Positions 24,416 through 36,970 are shown, counted from the first letter of the stretch. The stretch: 64,000 nucleotides of DNA from Minutocellus sp. GHC0000111 (GCA_977018835.1 OZ361258.1:4030001-4094000), one strand, 5' to 3'. Notes: a model not told the origin generated them from the sequence alone. Numbers and translations are program-made.

Positions 24416-27400
24416 ATGCCCAAACCCGTGACTGCCGCCTCGGCTTCGGCGTCGGCTGCCTCCGTCGGAGAGGACAGCATGATGGCCGAGGCACGGCAGA
24501 TCATTGCCGCCCACGATCGGTCCGAGATGGGCGAGGCGACGAAGCAGCACTTTGCGAGTGCAAATGCCCCCGGCACGAGGAAGAAACCGCAGATGCTGGT
24601 GCAGAAGCAACCGCCAAAACCCGAAGCGATGTATAATGATGCGGCCACCCAAAATGCCGATACCAGCGAACTGGACCAGCATCTCCAAGGCAACGCCCAG
24701 CGAAACAAGAAGAAAGGATCGCCGGCCTCGGCCGCGTCTTCGGCTGCCCAAACGGCCCGGGTGCGGAACCAAAGACAACCAAACAATAACAAGACCAACA
24801 CCAACACCAGAAACGCCAGTAGCGGCAAGAACAGGAACAGGAATCGAATCGTCGTCGACACGTCGGGAAGTGACGCCGTCAAGGCTCAGGCGGCCGCTGC
24901 GGCGGCGGCTGCCGCCTCTGCCTCCCCAAAATCGGCTCGGACGGACCGTGCGGTGAACATGGAAGGTGCCAACACCTCACCTTCTTCCAATGCCAACAAT
25001 GGTGCTGCCCACTTTAACGTCAGCGGTGAATTTTCGGGGGACCACTCCGCCGCGACTCTGAGCACGGGGAACAAATCCCAGCGCAGGGTGCAGCAGCAGC
25101 AGGGTTCGCCACCGTCTGGACCGACCACCACGACGACGGCGAGTCAGGCACTGGCAGCCATATCGGAGGCGGTGCAGTTGGACCAGCAGAGCCAGGATGG
25201 TATCCACAACCAAAATGGAGGGAAGGTCGTGCATCGCCAGTCGTCGACTACCACTGGCATCACCACACTGGTGAGCGTGGGGGATGACGATCTATTGGGA
25301 TCGGCTCGGAATGGCGTGGTGCGGGGGGAAGGGACGAACCGATCCGTGGCCGGAGACGGAGACGTTGGCATCCCAGAGGCTGACGAAGGAGGAGGTGATG
25401 TGGACGACGATGACATGTCGGCCAGGACCGGAGCGACCGGCGCGACCAACGATGACTTTATGCGCAAGTTTGTATCCAAGCCCAGCATCGACGACGACGA
25501 TACGATGAGCCGAAGGTCTGTCCAGTCGGCACCGAGCGTCAGTGCGACGGTGATGATGAATGCGATCGATCCCACCCGAAGGGAGTCGCAGGAGTATGAT
25601 GACGATGATGATGATGATTCGACGCTCAACGGAACCTTGGATCAAGATGACGATGCAAGCTCGGCCACTGATTTGATCCAGACGCCATCGAGGGATTCCA
25701 ATCCCAATGTGCGAAGAAGTCCGCCTCAGGCAACCTCTGACGTATCGCCCGCAAGCAAAATGAATCGAATGAACAAGGCTTGGAATCATGCCAAGGCAAA
25801 TCCCAACAAACAGGTTGTGGCAGTTGTCGGTGAACCGATTTCGGCGGATGCATCGATCGATGGAAGCATGGCACAGCGGTCTACCGCCACCGATGCTGCT
25901 TTGAACGGAGAAGAGCGTTCCGGTCGGACCTATGTCACCGACTCCACCGAGAGTGTCAAGGAAGCATCGATTTCAGCAGCAGCAACGGCGACGGCGTCTA
26001 GTCGAACATCACCGGCCAAGAATACGAGCCCCAAGGTGGCGTCTCCACTTTCGGTCCAATCAACTCGATCACCTTTATCTTCTCCCGACAGCCAGCGAAG
26101 CCATCGGCAGACGGGATCGGCCAAGGTCGCCTCTCCACACTCAGTTCAGTCGGCTCAATCTCCCTTGTCATCTCCTGATAGCCAGCGAAGTCAGCGGCAA
26201 GTGGCGGCCAACCCCAGTGCTGACAGTCATGATCCATCCATCGGAGCCGTGAGCACTCTGTCGGCCGTCAGTGCCGGGGCCCGAAGTGTTCGATCGTCTC
26301 AGAGTCAGCGCAGTATCAAGCAATCTCACAGCACCCGATCAGGCCAATCAAAGGTGCCAGATATCGACCTGAACGCAGACGATGGCAGCAAAATGATGAC
26401 CGATACCAGGCAGCTCAATGACAAACTTCGGTCCAGCGTAGATAAGGAACGGAAGAGTTCGCGGAAGTTGAAGAATATTGTTGGTGTGCTCGGTGAGGAC
26501 GACCCGCTGAGTCAGGCCATACGAAAGGTGGAGGATGGTGATAGCACAAGGAGCGGTACTGGGACTGAAGCTTCAGCTCCTGACCCTCCAACAGCGAATT
26601 CACTATGGAAAAGCACGGACTCCTCGAGGAGTCAGCTTTCCAAGTCCAGCAGTACCTCGAACAGAGCATCGGCCAGTGATGTCATTGCAGCGATAGCATC
26701 ATCTGCGGATGATTTGAATGGTAGCAGTAACGGGGCCTCCGCTAGCGATATTGTCGCTGCCATAGCATCATCTGCGGAAGATCTTAACGTGCGTACTTCG
26801 CCCAGCAGCAGCCTACGCAATGGTGCCAGATCATCAAGCAATCAGAGCGTCGGTGACGGTCCTCTACGCGGAAGTGGAAATAGGAGTGTTGCATCTGCTG
26901 CTGCACACACAACGGCTTCCACAGTGTCGCGCAGGTCGGATGCAAGGACGGCAGCTACAGTACCACCAACGTTGTCCCAAACGACGTCCACTCCATACAG
27001 TTTCAGCAACAAAGATATCATTCAAGACAATATTGAGAATGGAGGACAAAGTGGCAAGACTAATGGTGGAGCAAGGACATTTGACAACGAACCCAAACCC
27101 ATGTATAGAGACGAAAGGACCTTCGTCCAGCGGAATCGCAAGGCGTTGCTCCTCGGATTTGGTCTGGTTGCTATTGTCGCGGCTATTGCCGGCATTGCAG
27201 TTGCCGCGTCATCTAAAGGGTCATCTACATCGAATACAGCCGACGCAGATGGTTCTATGGGAACTCCTGCGCCCACGCCGTTCCTTACCCTTGAGTCGTT
27301 ACTCTCCACCTGGAGTCCTGATGGCGGAGTAGCCATGAAGACGCTGCCATTTTCACCTCAGGGTATCGCATATGCATGGATCAAGGCCGACCTACAGGTT

Positions 27401-28717
27401 CTTGGTTATGATCCCGACGATTTGTCTGGATATGACAGTTCTGTCGCGGCATTTGAACCCCGGCGCATGGCCGATCGAGTCAAAACCAGATATGCACTCA
27501 GTGTTCTTAACTACACCTTTTGGGGGGGCTCAGGAGCAGGAGTTGCAACAGACACATTTGATGCTTGGTCTCACGAAAATGACGAGTGTAATTTTGCCCG
27601 GGTCTTCTGCGAATATGATGGTGAGGGATTTGGCGACGGCCTTGTTCGAGTGCTTGATTTCGATGAAGCCGACATTCCCGAAGGATCTGTACTGCCAGGT
27701 GAGGTGACCATGCTCAACGACTTGAACGTACTTATCTTCACTTCCACAAGGCTAGGGGGCAAGATACCGGATGTCTTTAGCCCAATGCAGGACCTGCGAA
27801 TACTTGATCTGGACGATTGCGTCTTTACTGGAACGGTGCCCGAATCCATAGGAACTCTGCTGAATTTGGAAGAATTGAGATTGAACGACAACATCCTGGA
27901 GGGCCCACTGCCAGATATCTTCTGGAATCTCAAATTTCTACGAGTGCTTGAGCTGCAGAAGAATCTATTTACTGGGACAATTAGTCAGTCTATCTGGTCT
28001 CTCGGTCCGTCACTTGAAGATTTGCGTATTGGCGATAACGAGCTGACTGGAACCCTATCGACTCAAATTGGAAACCTCAGAAACCTCGAGCGGTTTTGGG
28101 CCTACACCAACCAGCTCACTGGCAAAATACCGACGCAATTTGGCCAGCTGTCGCTTCTCAATGATCTAGCCATGGACGATAACCGATTTGTTGGTGCAAT
28201 ACCGAAGCAGCTCGCTTCTTGTCCACTGACAGAGCTATGGCTCAATACCAACCGTCTCAGCTCGAGTATTCCTGCAGCTCTTGGCGAAATCTTTGGCCTT
28301 GAAAACTTGTACCTCGATGAGAATCTCCTGACTGGAACTGTGAGTAATTGGATTGCGGTGTGACTGTTGTGCGTAAATGTTGTCTGTCGAAGACGCCATT
28401 TTCTAATCGCTTGGTTCTCTATTGTCCACTTTATTTTCATCAAAAATCACAAACAGGTACCTTCCCAGCTGGGCAATCTGTACAATTGCACAGACTTATT
28501 CTTAAACAATAACAAGCTCAGTGGCAAGGTACCCGATACCCTGGGAGATATGGAGTCCCTTGAACGTTTGCGACTTCACGCCAATAGTCTAACCGGGGCA
28601 GTGCCATCGACCCTCTGTGCACTTAATCTCGATCAGCTTACAGCCGACTGCGCCGACCTTCCCCAGCTCGGCGTCTTGATTTCCTGTCCGATGGGATGCT
28701 GTACGGAGTGCTATTAG
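24416..28717 (+). CDS. Leucine-rich repeat single-TM protein with long Ser-rich N-terminus; intron 28340-28456
   Basis: TM near 27150, SPQGIAYAWI...RYAL cap, more than 10 LRRs, C-terminal ADC...CCTECY; phase-0 intron. Confidence 0.9.
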
Positions 28718-28793
28718 ATGTTCATACATAGTCATATATACTCGCAAATATATGTCCTACTTTTCCATATTTGTTTACCGCCTAAGTAGAGAC

Positions 28794-29919
28794 CTATTTG
28801 GCAGCATCTTTATCTTTGTTCAGCTCGTACTGCTTCATCTTCTTGATGAGCTCCATCACCTGCTTACACTCGTCCCGATGTCCATCCTCGGATCGGTCCC
28901 AGTGAACCTTTTGGCATTCGACGCTGCAGTAGCAAAAGGTCTTGCAACCCTTGCATAGCTTTCGAGTGGTGGTATTGAGATCAACTCCGCAAACGAAGCA
29001 GGTCTTTCTCATTTTGCAGAGGGCTGAATGGACCTCCACAATGTCCTCGTCACGTCCTTCCCCGACATCTTCTCCTCTCTTTCTTGCAATTCGAAACCAA
29101 AACCTCGCTTGGGCCCAAAGGGTGGGTTCGCTGAATTGGCAACACTGCACGGAAAGAAGAGCTGACCTTTGGTGTCCCTGTAGGGCAGATGCTGTTGCCC
29201 ATTCTAGGCCTAAAGTGTGTTGCTCCATGTGGTAGTACACGCGGCTAAGGCCGTGCTGCGCTCCGGAAACACCTCTTTCTGAAAGTGGCTGGAGTGCGCT
29301 CCGGAAACACCTCTTTCTGAAAGTGGCTGGAGTGTGGCTATAGCCTCGTCAAAGCGTTCGTCGCAAATGTATTCAAGTGCAATACTAGCCATTAAATCCC
29401 CGGCATAATCTACCAGTCTCGGATCAGCATTCAGTATCTTTTCGGCATATTTGGCTGCTATGGATAGGTCGCGCTTGCAAAACGCGGCACCATCTTGGTG
29501 CCAAAGGCCCAGTCTCCAAAAGGCAAAGGGATGACCCTGCCCCGCCGCCTTCTGAATCCACCGCAGGGCGTCGTGATCAGATTGCACAGCTCCCCTTTTC
29601 CCAGAGAGAAAGCGTTGTCCAAGATAATATTGAGCCCACGCATGTCCTCTCTTGGCTTGCTTCTTGAGTGTTCCGATGTGACCCATCCCGTGGAGTTGCA
29701 AAGCAGGCATCTGTTGCTCTTCGGTTCATAGACACGGCCTTGTCCTTCACAAACTAAGCAGACGTCCTTGCCACAACACGAATGCATACGGCACTCGTCA
29801 CCACGATTTCCGCCCGGAAACATCTTCAAGCAAGATGCACATCGCAGAGGATCATCATTGGTGTTGATGATGCCCTTGAGGGGATGCGCCGAAGGAGCAG
29901 ACTTTATGGGCGTCCTCAT
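28794..29919 (-). pseudogene. RING-like/Sel1/zf-MYND paralog A, frameshifted twice
   Basis: HPLKGIINTNDDP start motif, Sel1 repeats, MYND CKGCKTFCYCSVECQKVHW; 1-nt loss near 29686 and a 38-bp duplication at 29257-29332. Confidence 0.8.
29257..29332. repeat. Perfect 38-bp tandem duplication inside paralog A
   Basis: TGCGCTCCGGAAACACCTCTTTCTGAAAGTGGCTGGAG twice. Confidence 0.95.
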
Positions 29920-30301
29920 GGTTGTGCCCGGCGCTGCGGCTACGTGCACGATCGTAATGTAATGCGGTGGCGACGGTGGCGATAAATGGACTGTAGTGGC
30001 ACTGCGGCTCTCAGACGAGCAAAGAGTCGACGGGCAGCGACGCACTGTACGACGCAACTGGCTGGAAGCTCTCTCTCTCTCTCTCTCTCTCTGGGATTTG
30101 GGAGGAGGTGATGGCGATTTTGTGATTTGCTGGTCCCGTTTCCAATGCATTCCCATGCCGAACGTCGAGGGGTGCCTCCATCAAAAGCTACCGCAGCGAT
30201 AGAAAAGAGGACACGGTTCGGTTCCAGTGCCTTCTTCTTGGTATCTTATTCGGAACAGGAGCCTTTTGAATTTTTGTGGTGCGGTATCTTGCGCCCAAGA
30301 G

Positions 30302-31384
30302 ATGAGTGCCTCATCCTCATCCTCACCAACCTCTTCGGCGCATCCCCTCAAGGGCATTATCAACACCAACGATGATCCCTTCGTTTGTGCAATCTGTCCT
30401 GCGCCTATCAATAAAGAAGAATCGGCTATGAATATGTGCTGCGGAAAGACAGCGTGCACGCAATGCAATGACTCTGGGAGGTTTTACAATAAGCAGACAG
30501 GCCAATGTAGCATATGCAAAGTTATCGGCAACAGCAATACTGCTCTTGCGAAAAAGAATGCCAAGAGGGGCCACGCGTGGGCCCAGGCTGAATTTGCAAC
30601 ATGCTTCGTCGAAGGTGATGGTGTGAGACAATGCCATTACGATGCAGTTCGGTGGTTTCGGAAGGCAGCCGCTCAAGGCCATCCGTTTGCTCTGCTGCGT
30701 CTGAGCTACTATCTGCGTACTGGTGAAGGTTGCCTTCGTAGTTTGGCAGAAGCAAAATATTTTGCAGAGAAAGCAATCTTCGTGAGTCATCCTTTTTTCA
30801 TTTGGGTTAGTGATTTGGCGCATGGGCAGCTCGTGGAAGTCGGTCGGGCATTTTCCGATAGCGGCGACAATGAGACTGCAAAAGCGATTCTTTTACCTCT
30901 TGCTGAAATGGGCATGGCAAAAGCTCAGCATGAACTCGCAGTGACTTACTCAAGGGACGACGATGGTTATGCAGGTGCTCTCCTCTGGTTTGGAAAGAGT
31001 GCGCTGGGAGAGGCCAACGAAAAGGCAGCTTTTAGCGCGGCAGTTTGCTGCAATTCTCTTGGCATGTTCGCAGAGGCGAAATTTTGGCATTCCCTTGCAA
31101 TGAAAATCGGTCCAATTCCCGACGGATGTTCTGAACTCTTCTATCGTTTGCTTTGGCATTGGCGCGGTCTTCGAAAAAGCTGCAAGGCGTGTGGCATCAC
31201 CTTGAATTCCGATACTCGGAAGCTCTGCAAGGGTTGCAAAACGTATTGCTACTGCAGCGTCGAATGCCAAAAAAATCACTGGGACCGATCGGAGGATGGC
31301 CATCGAGAGGAGTGCATGAAGGTCACGGAGCTGAAGGAGAGGGTGAAGGCTATTGACTGGCAGGAGAAGCAGGGCAAGAGGTAA
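30302..31384 (+). CDS. RING-like/Sel1/zf-MYND paralog B (intact)
   Basis: CAIC...CCGKTACTQC...CSIC; AVRWFRKAAAQGHP; C-terminal MYND. Confidence 0.9.
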   Translation: MSASSSSSPTSSAHPLKGIINTNDDPFVCAICPAPINKEESAMNMCCGKTACTQCNDSGRFYNKQTGQCSICKVIGNSNTALAKKNAKRGHAWAQAEFATCFVEGDGVRQCHYDAVRWFRKAAAQGHPFALLRLSYYLRTGEGCLRSLAEAKYFAEKAIFVSHPFFIWVSDLAHGQLVEVGRAFSDSGDNETAKAILLPLAEMGMAKAQHELAVTYSRDDDGYAGALLWFGKSALGEANEKAAFSAAVCCNSLGMFAEAKFWHSLAMKIGPIPDGCSELFYRLLWHWRGLRKSCKACGITLNSDTRKLCKGCKTYCYCSVECQKNHWDRSEDGHREECMKVTELKERVKAIDWQEKQGKR

Positions 31385-31621
31385 GCGCGGTGTGAAGGAG
31401 AGTACAACCATACAGCTGTAGGATAGTTTTGAGATTAGAGCGATCAGCACTATAGAATTTGAGGTATTGGGCACCTGCTGATTTCATCGTTTCGAAGATA
31501 CTGCTCAGCTGTACAACTCAGTCGCGTGGTTCAATCCAATAGCATTTGCGTCTACCACATACCCTTACAGTACATAGCTATACGATAGTAGCGTCGATCA
31601 AGCTCCGCGCCTTTACTATAA

Positions 31622-32644
31622 ATGGACCTTCCCACCACTACCCAGCATCCTCTCAAGGGTGTCATAAATGCAAACGACGACCCCAACCGCTGCGCTCGGT
31701 GCTATGCCGAACTCCACGAGCGCCAAGGGGTAGAGGCAAACGGATTGGAGATTTGTGCAGAATGCGACGGGGAAAAGAAAGATGACTGCTGTGTCCAATG
31801 CAGAATGGGTAGACATAGCTTCTTGAGCGTCCGTAGACTAGCCAAGAAAAGTGGCAGCCCGTGGGCGCAGTATCTGTTAGGTCTCGACTTCAAAAACAAC
31901 ATCAAGTCCCAATCATCGTACGAAGCTGTTCGATGGTTTCGCAAGGCAGCTGCTGGTGGGCATCCTGGTGCAATGCTGGAACTTTCCAAACATTACCGCA
32001 GTGGCAAGGGTTGCGGGGAAGATATCGACAAAGCAAAGGAATGCGCCGAGACAGCACTTCAGTACGAAGAGTGGTTTGGCGAGGAAAACAACCCCAAGAT
32101 TGAACTCAGTCGCCTTGCGTCCGATATCTACGAAGAAAACCGGGAAGTGGCAGAGGCAATACTCCTTCCACTCGCCGAGGAGGGCATCAAGGAGGCCCAG
32201 CTTTGGAGCACACATCTGTACTGGCACTACGACGAATACGCCGAAGCCCTCCGGTGGGCGCATGCGGCCGCCCAGGGTGGGTATCTTGTGACTCCCTGCA
32301 TGTTGATGAAATGTTGCTAAGAACTGAACCGCTTGGCCGAGTCACGACTGTGGCTGTCCATTTCCACCAAGAACAATCCAGGGGCGTGTGAGTGCGATGC
32401 TCTGCTTCTTTGTCGGGAAGTTACCACTGACTTGAGAAAGTTCTGCTGGACTTGCGAAGCCCAGTTGGATTCTGCTATCCGCAAGCTCTGCAAGGGCTGC
32501 AGGGCACATTGCTACTGCAGCGTCGAGTGCCAAAAGATTCACTGGACCCGATCGGAGGATGGCCATCGTACGGAGTGCAAGGAGGTCATGGCACTAAAGG
32601 ACAGCCTAAAGGCAGTGCAGTTCAAGGAGGATGTGTATGGATAA
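31622..32644 (+). pseudogene. RING-like/Sel1/zf-MYND paralog C with in-frame TAA at 32318-32320
   Basis: Same frame resumes after the stop (ELNRLAESRLWL...MYND). Confidence 0.8.
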
Positions 32645-32738
32645 GCTCGTAGAATTTGCAGTAGAGCTTAACCTGTAGCGTGTAGCTGCCAGCCTACAAC
32701 TTTATCATATCTCGAGCTACAGTGGTGCCCTTTCACTA

Positions 32739-33689
32739 TCACGCTCCCGAAAGCAATCGATTGGCCGCCGCCTCAACGTTGTTATCTGTCTGCCCCAAAG
32801 CTCGAATTACCGCCTGACGCTCGAATCCCATCGCCGTCAGCTGCGATATCGCCTCTTCGGACGGAGGAGGCGGCGGTGGCGGTTGTTGTGCTGCCGCCAT
32901 TGCTGCCGCGCCCCCACCAAAGTTGGGAGCCACTCTCTGTCTTGGTCCACCGCCAGCTCCACCGGCACCACCCCTTGCCGCCCCCCTGCCCCGTCGAGCC
33001 GCCAACGTCTGTGGTACATCCGATTCCAACCAGCCAAACATGCTCTCCGGCAACATAATCTTGCCAAATGGCAACATGGGACTGGTGTATATGGCACCGG
33101 CAATGGCTCCGCACAATACCGGCTGGAGCGTCCCCATTCCCCCACTGAACATGACCTGAAGAGCAAATAGGTACTGCAAGGACTTTTCGCTAAAGTCAAA
33201 TCCCATCAGACCAAAGAATTTGGGATGCAACCTCGGCGCGTACACATGGAACAGATACAGCACCGCCCCCAGCGTCGGGTACGGTCCGGAATATCGCACA
33301 TCCACCAGGTCGGGGAACGACGACGCCACAATCAACTCGAGGAAGGTTCCCACCACGTTGACAAAGACCACCATGGTTCCGAATTTGACCGTCCCCAGTT
33401 CGCGTTCGTACCGCCTCAGGAGCGGGACCACCACCAGCATTCCCAGGATGAGCTGGGCCATCGTCCCAAAGGTGAGGTTGCACGTGAACAGCCGATGGAG
33501 TTCGTTGTCGGCAATCAATCGGTCGTAGTCGAGGCTGAGGTCTTCGTGGAGGTGGCTGGTTTCGAACATTACGTAGAAGAGGGCGGTGGCACCGGCCAAT
33601 ACGCGGGTGAGGGGGGCACCGGCGAACCAGGGCTGGTGGACCGCGCCGCCGGGATGAGCGCCGCCTTGCGGAGGGAGGAGGGCCGCCAT
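32739..33689 (-). CDS. Rhomboid-like pseudoprotease with C-terminal UBA domain (UBAC2/Dsc2-like)
   Basis: ELHRLFT, LRRYERELGTVKF, SGPY; UBA EEAISQLTAMGFERQAVIRALGQTDNNVEAAANRLL. Confidence 0.85.
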   Translation of the reverse strand: MAALLPPQGGAHPGGAVHQPWFAGAPLTRVLAGATALFYVMFETSHLHEDLSLDYDRLIADNELHRLFTCNLTFGTMAQLILGMLVVVPLLRRYERELGTVKFGTMVVFVNVVGTFLELIVASSFPDLVDVRYSGPYPTLGAVLYLFHVYAPRLHPKFFGLMGFDFSEKSLQYLFALQVMFSGGMGTLQPVLCGAIAGAIYTSPMLPFGKIMLPESMFGWLESDVPQTLAARRGRGAARGGAGGAGGGPRQRVAPNFGGGAAAMAAAQQPPPPPPPSEEAISQLTAMGFERQAVIRALGQTDNNVEAAANRLLSGA

Positions 33690-33951
33690 CGTCGTGGTTG
33701 TTTTTATGACGAAAAGTGAGTGAAAGTGCGGTCCGTCCGTCGCTTTTTGAAAACGGGATCAGACAAGACACAAGATGTGCCGTATCTTGCGTATCCGCCA
33801 AAGAGCTAGGAATTCCTAGGTCTAGAAGCTAGAGCGCTGCATAGAGGAGTGGAGAAGGAGTGCCACCGTGACCGCCCTCTAGTATCATCAGATTGGCAAT
33901 ACGGCTCAGATCAGCACGGTTTTTCTGGCAGTACCGCAGCGCGCCTCCAGA

Positions 33952-35001
33952 ATGGCCAGCAGCAGACCCACCGTTCGGTCTGCTCACCCGCTCAAGGGAA
34001 TTATCAATACTAATGACGACCCTCTTCGTTGTGCCACGTGCTCTGTGGTATTTCCTGACGGTTCCTATTGCAATTACTCTTTCACATTGACTTGTTGTTG
34101 CAAGCAGATATGCTACGACTGCGAAGAACTGGTCTACGACGACAAAATTTCCAGCTGCCTGCTCTGCAACGGCAAGGGCACCATTGGACTCCTCAAGAAG
34201 CACGCCAAGAGAGGGCAAGCGTGGGCAAAGTATCATCTTGGACTTCAATGTCACTATGGTGAGGAAGTGGCGAAATCTGATTATGATGCGGTTCGATGGT
34301 ATCGCAAAGCAGCCGCCCAGGGCAATCCTATGGCATACCTTTGCCTGGCATTACATCATCGCAAAGGAAATGGCTGCAAGCGAGATCTCCCTTTGGCCAT
34401 GGCACAAACGGAGAAGATGATGGAAATTGACCCTAGACTGACCACTGCGGCTTACGTTAGCATGAGCGGGATTGCAGACGAATACACCGACGACAAGCAC
34501 TTCGACACTGCCATTGCCATCCTCACGCCTCTCGCAGAGGCCGGTCACGAGCCGTTCCAGAACAGTCTCGGCCGCACGTACTACATCATGAATCAGGAGG
34601 CACTGGGGCTAAAATGGGCAACAAAATCTGCTTTGCAGGGCGGCCGCCATTCGGCAGTTCTTGCTATGCAGTGCTGTCGATTCAGCAAACCTGCTCTTGT
34701 GGCACAAGCAAGATTTTGGTTGAGCGAGGCAACAAAGATAGAGGATCTCACACCTTTTGAATTGGAAAATATGGGTCACGTTAGGTCGGACCTTCATGAA
34801 ATCAGGAGGAGTTGCACGACATGTGGCGTCGATCTGAATTCAAGCACTCGAAAGCTCTGCAAAGGGTGCAAGACGTACTGCTACTGCAGCGTCGAGTGCC
34901 AAAAGATTCACTGGGACCGATCGGAGGATGGTCACCGCGCCGAGTGCAAGGAGGTAATGGCTCTGGCGAAGAAGATCAAGGATTGCAAAGTCGAGACCTA
35001 G
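33952..35001 (+). CDS. RING-like/Sel1/zf-MYND paralog D (intact)
   Basis: 349 aa with the same architecture as paralog B. Confidence 0.9.
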   Translation: MASSRPTVRSAHPLKGIINTNDDPLRCATCSVVFPDGSYCNYSFTLTCCCKQICYDCEELVYDDKISSCLLCNGKGTIGLLKKHAKRGQAWAKYHLGLQCHYGEEVAKSDYDAVRWYRKAAAQGNPMAYLCLALHHRKGNGCKRDLPLAMAQTEKMMEIDPRLTTAAYVSMSGIADEYTDDKHFDTAIAILTPLAEAGHEPFQNSLGRTYYIMNQEALGLKWATKSALQGGRHSAVLAMQCCRFSKPALVAQARFWLSEATKIEDLTPFELENMGHVRSDLHEIRRSCTTCGVDLNSSTRKLCKGCKTYCYCSVECQKIHWDRSEDGHRAECKEVMALAKKIKDCKVET

Positions 35002-35122
35002 CTAGAGCAAACTGCAACCGTTGGTCATCGAGCCGACAATCTTCAATTCGCAAAATACTTTAGGCAACATGGTCTAATCCGTTAGTAACATATGCAGGGA
35101 TCTCAACTGTAATTCATTTTAT

Positions 35123-35944
35123 TTATTCTCCACCGCCACAATCCCCTCCACCACCACCACAATCCCCTCCCCCCCCAACCTCACAATCTCCGCCTCCGCC
35201 GCCGCCGTTGCCACCATGCCAACCTCCGCCGCCACCGGTATCGTTGTAGTGATGAGGATTATGGCCATATCCATGCCCGTGGTACCTGCCGCTGCCCATG
35301 TTATAGCCATTAAAACATTTTCGAGACGTTCCGGGGAGGAACGGGAGACAGCAAAAGCAAGTGGCCATGAAAAACAAAACGATGGGGACCAACCACAACG
35401 CCACAAAAGAACCGTTGACGGCATTGAAAGGGTCCTCGGGATCGTACAGTACATTGATTGTATTTCCAACTCGAGGAGCAGGCCAAGAACAAGTGTTGGA
35501 CGTGAAGCGATGCGTAACGGACGAACCGTCATTCTCAATGCGATACTCAATGACGGGGGCATAGGTCGGATTACTTTGGCCGTCGCCATTTCTTCCACCA
35601 CTTGTGCTTGTCCCGGTCGAACAAAGCACTGTATCAACAATCGTGCCGTCTACCGAAATCCAGGTAATCTGCCTATGTGCTTTGAATCCAACCGTGATGC
35701 CACCCGCTGCAAGAAGAAGAAAAGCGACGGAAAAGGCAAGAATCTTAAGGCACTTGTTCGGGGTGGAGGAAGACGACGACGATGGGGCGCAGCAGAAAGA
35801 GCTTTTGATCAGGCCGTGGTCTTCAGTGGTATTTTTTCCACTGCCACCTGACTGCTGTTGTCTGTAGTCCTGTATGGCGCCACCACCGGCGGTTCCTCCT
35901 CCTCCTCCTCCTTCATTTGCGTTATTAGTGCTATAGTCTTCCAT
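35123..35944 (-). CDS. DUF3592-like two-TM membrane protein with Gly-rich tail
   Basis: TM-WISVDGTIVD...YAPVIEY...VGNTINVLYDPEDP-TM; tail GGGDCGGG. Confidence 0.7.
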   Translation of the reverse strand: MEDYSTNNANEGGGGGGTAGGGAIQDYRQQQSGGSGKNTTEDHGLIKSSFCCAPSSSSSSTPNKCLKILAFSVAFLLLAAGGITVGFKAHRQITWISVDGTIVDTVLCSTGTSTSGGRNGDGQSNPTYAPVIEYRIENDGSSVTHRFTSNTCSWPAPRVGNTINVLYDPEDPFNAVNGSFVALWLVPIVLFFMATCFCCLPFLPGTSRKCFNGYNMGSGRYHGHGYGHNPHHYNDTGGGGGWHGGNGGGGGGDCEVGGGGDCGGGGGDCGGGE

Positions 35945-36155
35945 GGCTATTGTAGTTTATAAAACGTTTATCGAAGATGATGGGCGTTGATTGATCAACC
36001 TCGGAGTGTTTGTGAGGCGAGCGAGAGGCATTCTCAAACTGCACCTCCACGTCTGATTTTCACGCATATAATTTTTAATCCGGCACATGCTCTATAGACT
36101 GTATCGACATTAAACCCAGTCGATTCCAGAACACACCCGTTGATAGCACAAACAA

Positions 36156-36749
36156 TCAAACTGTCAGCAAATGCATCGACCCAAGAAGAACGCCAAGACC
36201 AATCACTCCTCGATTGATGATGCAGGAAACATCGGAATTCGATAGCAGCCTTGCCAGCACAGCAATCACGAGGCTTGCCGCATCAAGCTGCAGAAATAAC
36301 TCGCCATTCCCAACAGCTAGCTCGATCACAGCCTCTATCGCAACAAGAGCGCCAATTATTGATAACGTTGTGCCGACCTTTGATCTGATACTTGGCTTCT
36401 CAACTGGCGGCGGCGGTATCTCGATTTGCTTGAGTCCCAGCCGAACGAGCAAAATATCAATGGCCGATCGGACCGACTCTGCCAGTTTTGCCAATGCGTC
36501 GTCTTGGTCGCCTTCATCGTCTACAGCCGCATTTCTACCGCCTCCACGAGGCACCGCTGCCATGGACGTATCCAAGTGGAACTCGTTTGATGGTCTGCTC
36601 TCTCGCCGTTGATGAGCTGTAACGTGTTTGGATCGCGACGGCACATGATGATGATGCGCTGGTCGAAGCGCCAAGACTCCTGCTGCTGCTGAAATGGCGC
36701 ACACCACAATGGTAAGATGAAAGAAAGAGATTAAGCTGCGCATGGTCAT
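36156..36749 (-). CDS. Signal-peptide protein with PRGG motif and C-terminal TMs, function unknown
   Basis: MTMRSLISFFHLTIVVCAISAAAG; three hydrophobic C-terminal segments. Confidence 0.55.
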   Translation of the reverse strand: MTMRSLISFFHLTIVVCAISAAAGVLALRPAHHHHVPSRSKHVTAHQRRESRPSNEFHLDTSMAAVPRGGGRNAAVDDEGDQDDALAKLAESVRSAIDILLVRLGLKQIEIPPPPVEKPSIRSKVGTTLSIIGALVAIEAVIELAVGNGELFLQLDAASLVIAVLARLLSNSDVSCIINRGVIGLGVLLGSMHLLTV

Positions 36750-36970
36750 TAAGCCACTCGTAGCAACGGCCCGATATTCTCCTGCACTCCTGGCAGCGGA
36801 GGATTGATTGTGAGCGGCAACCGGGTGGAGGCAAATTCTTTCTTTCCACGTCAAGCCAGAAAGCATGAAATTGACAGCAGAACGCCGCCAACCGTAACCG
36901 GCATACGGTATGGACCTGCCAACTCTTTAGACTCGTATGCGATACCCTCCTACCGGTATTCTTAATTATC

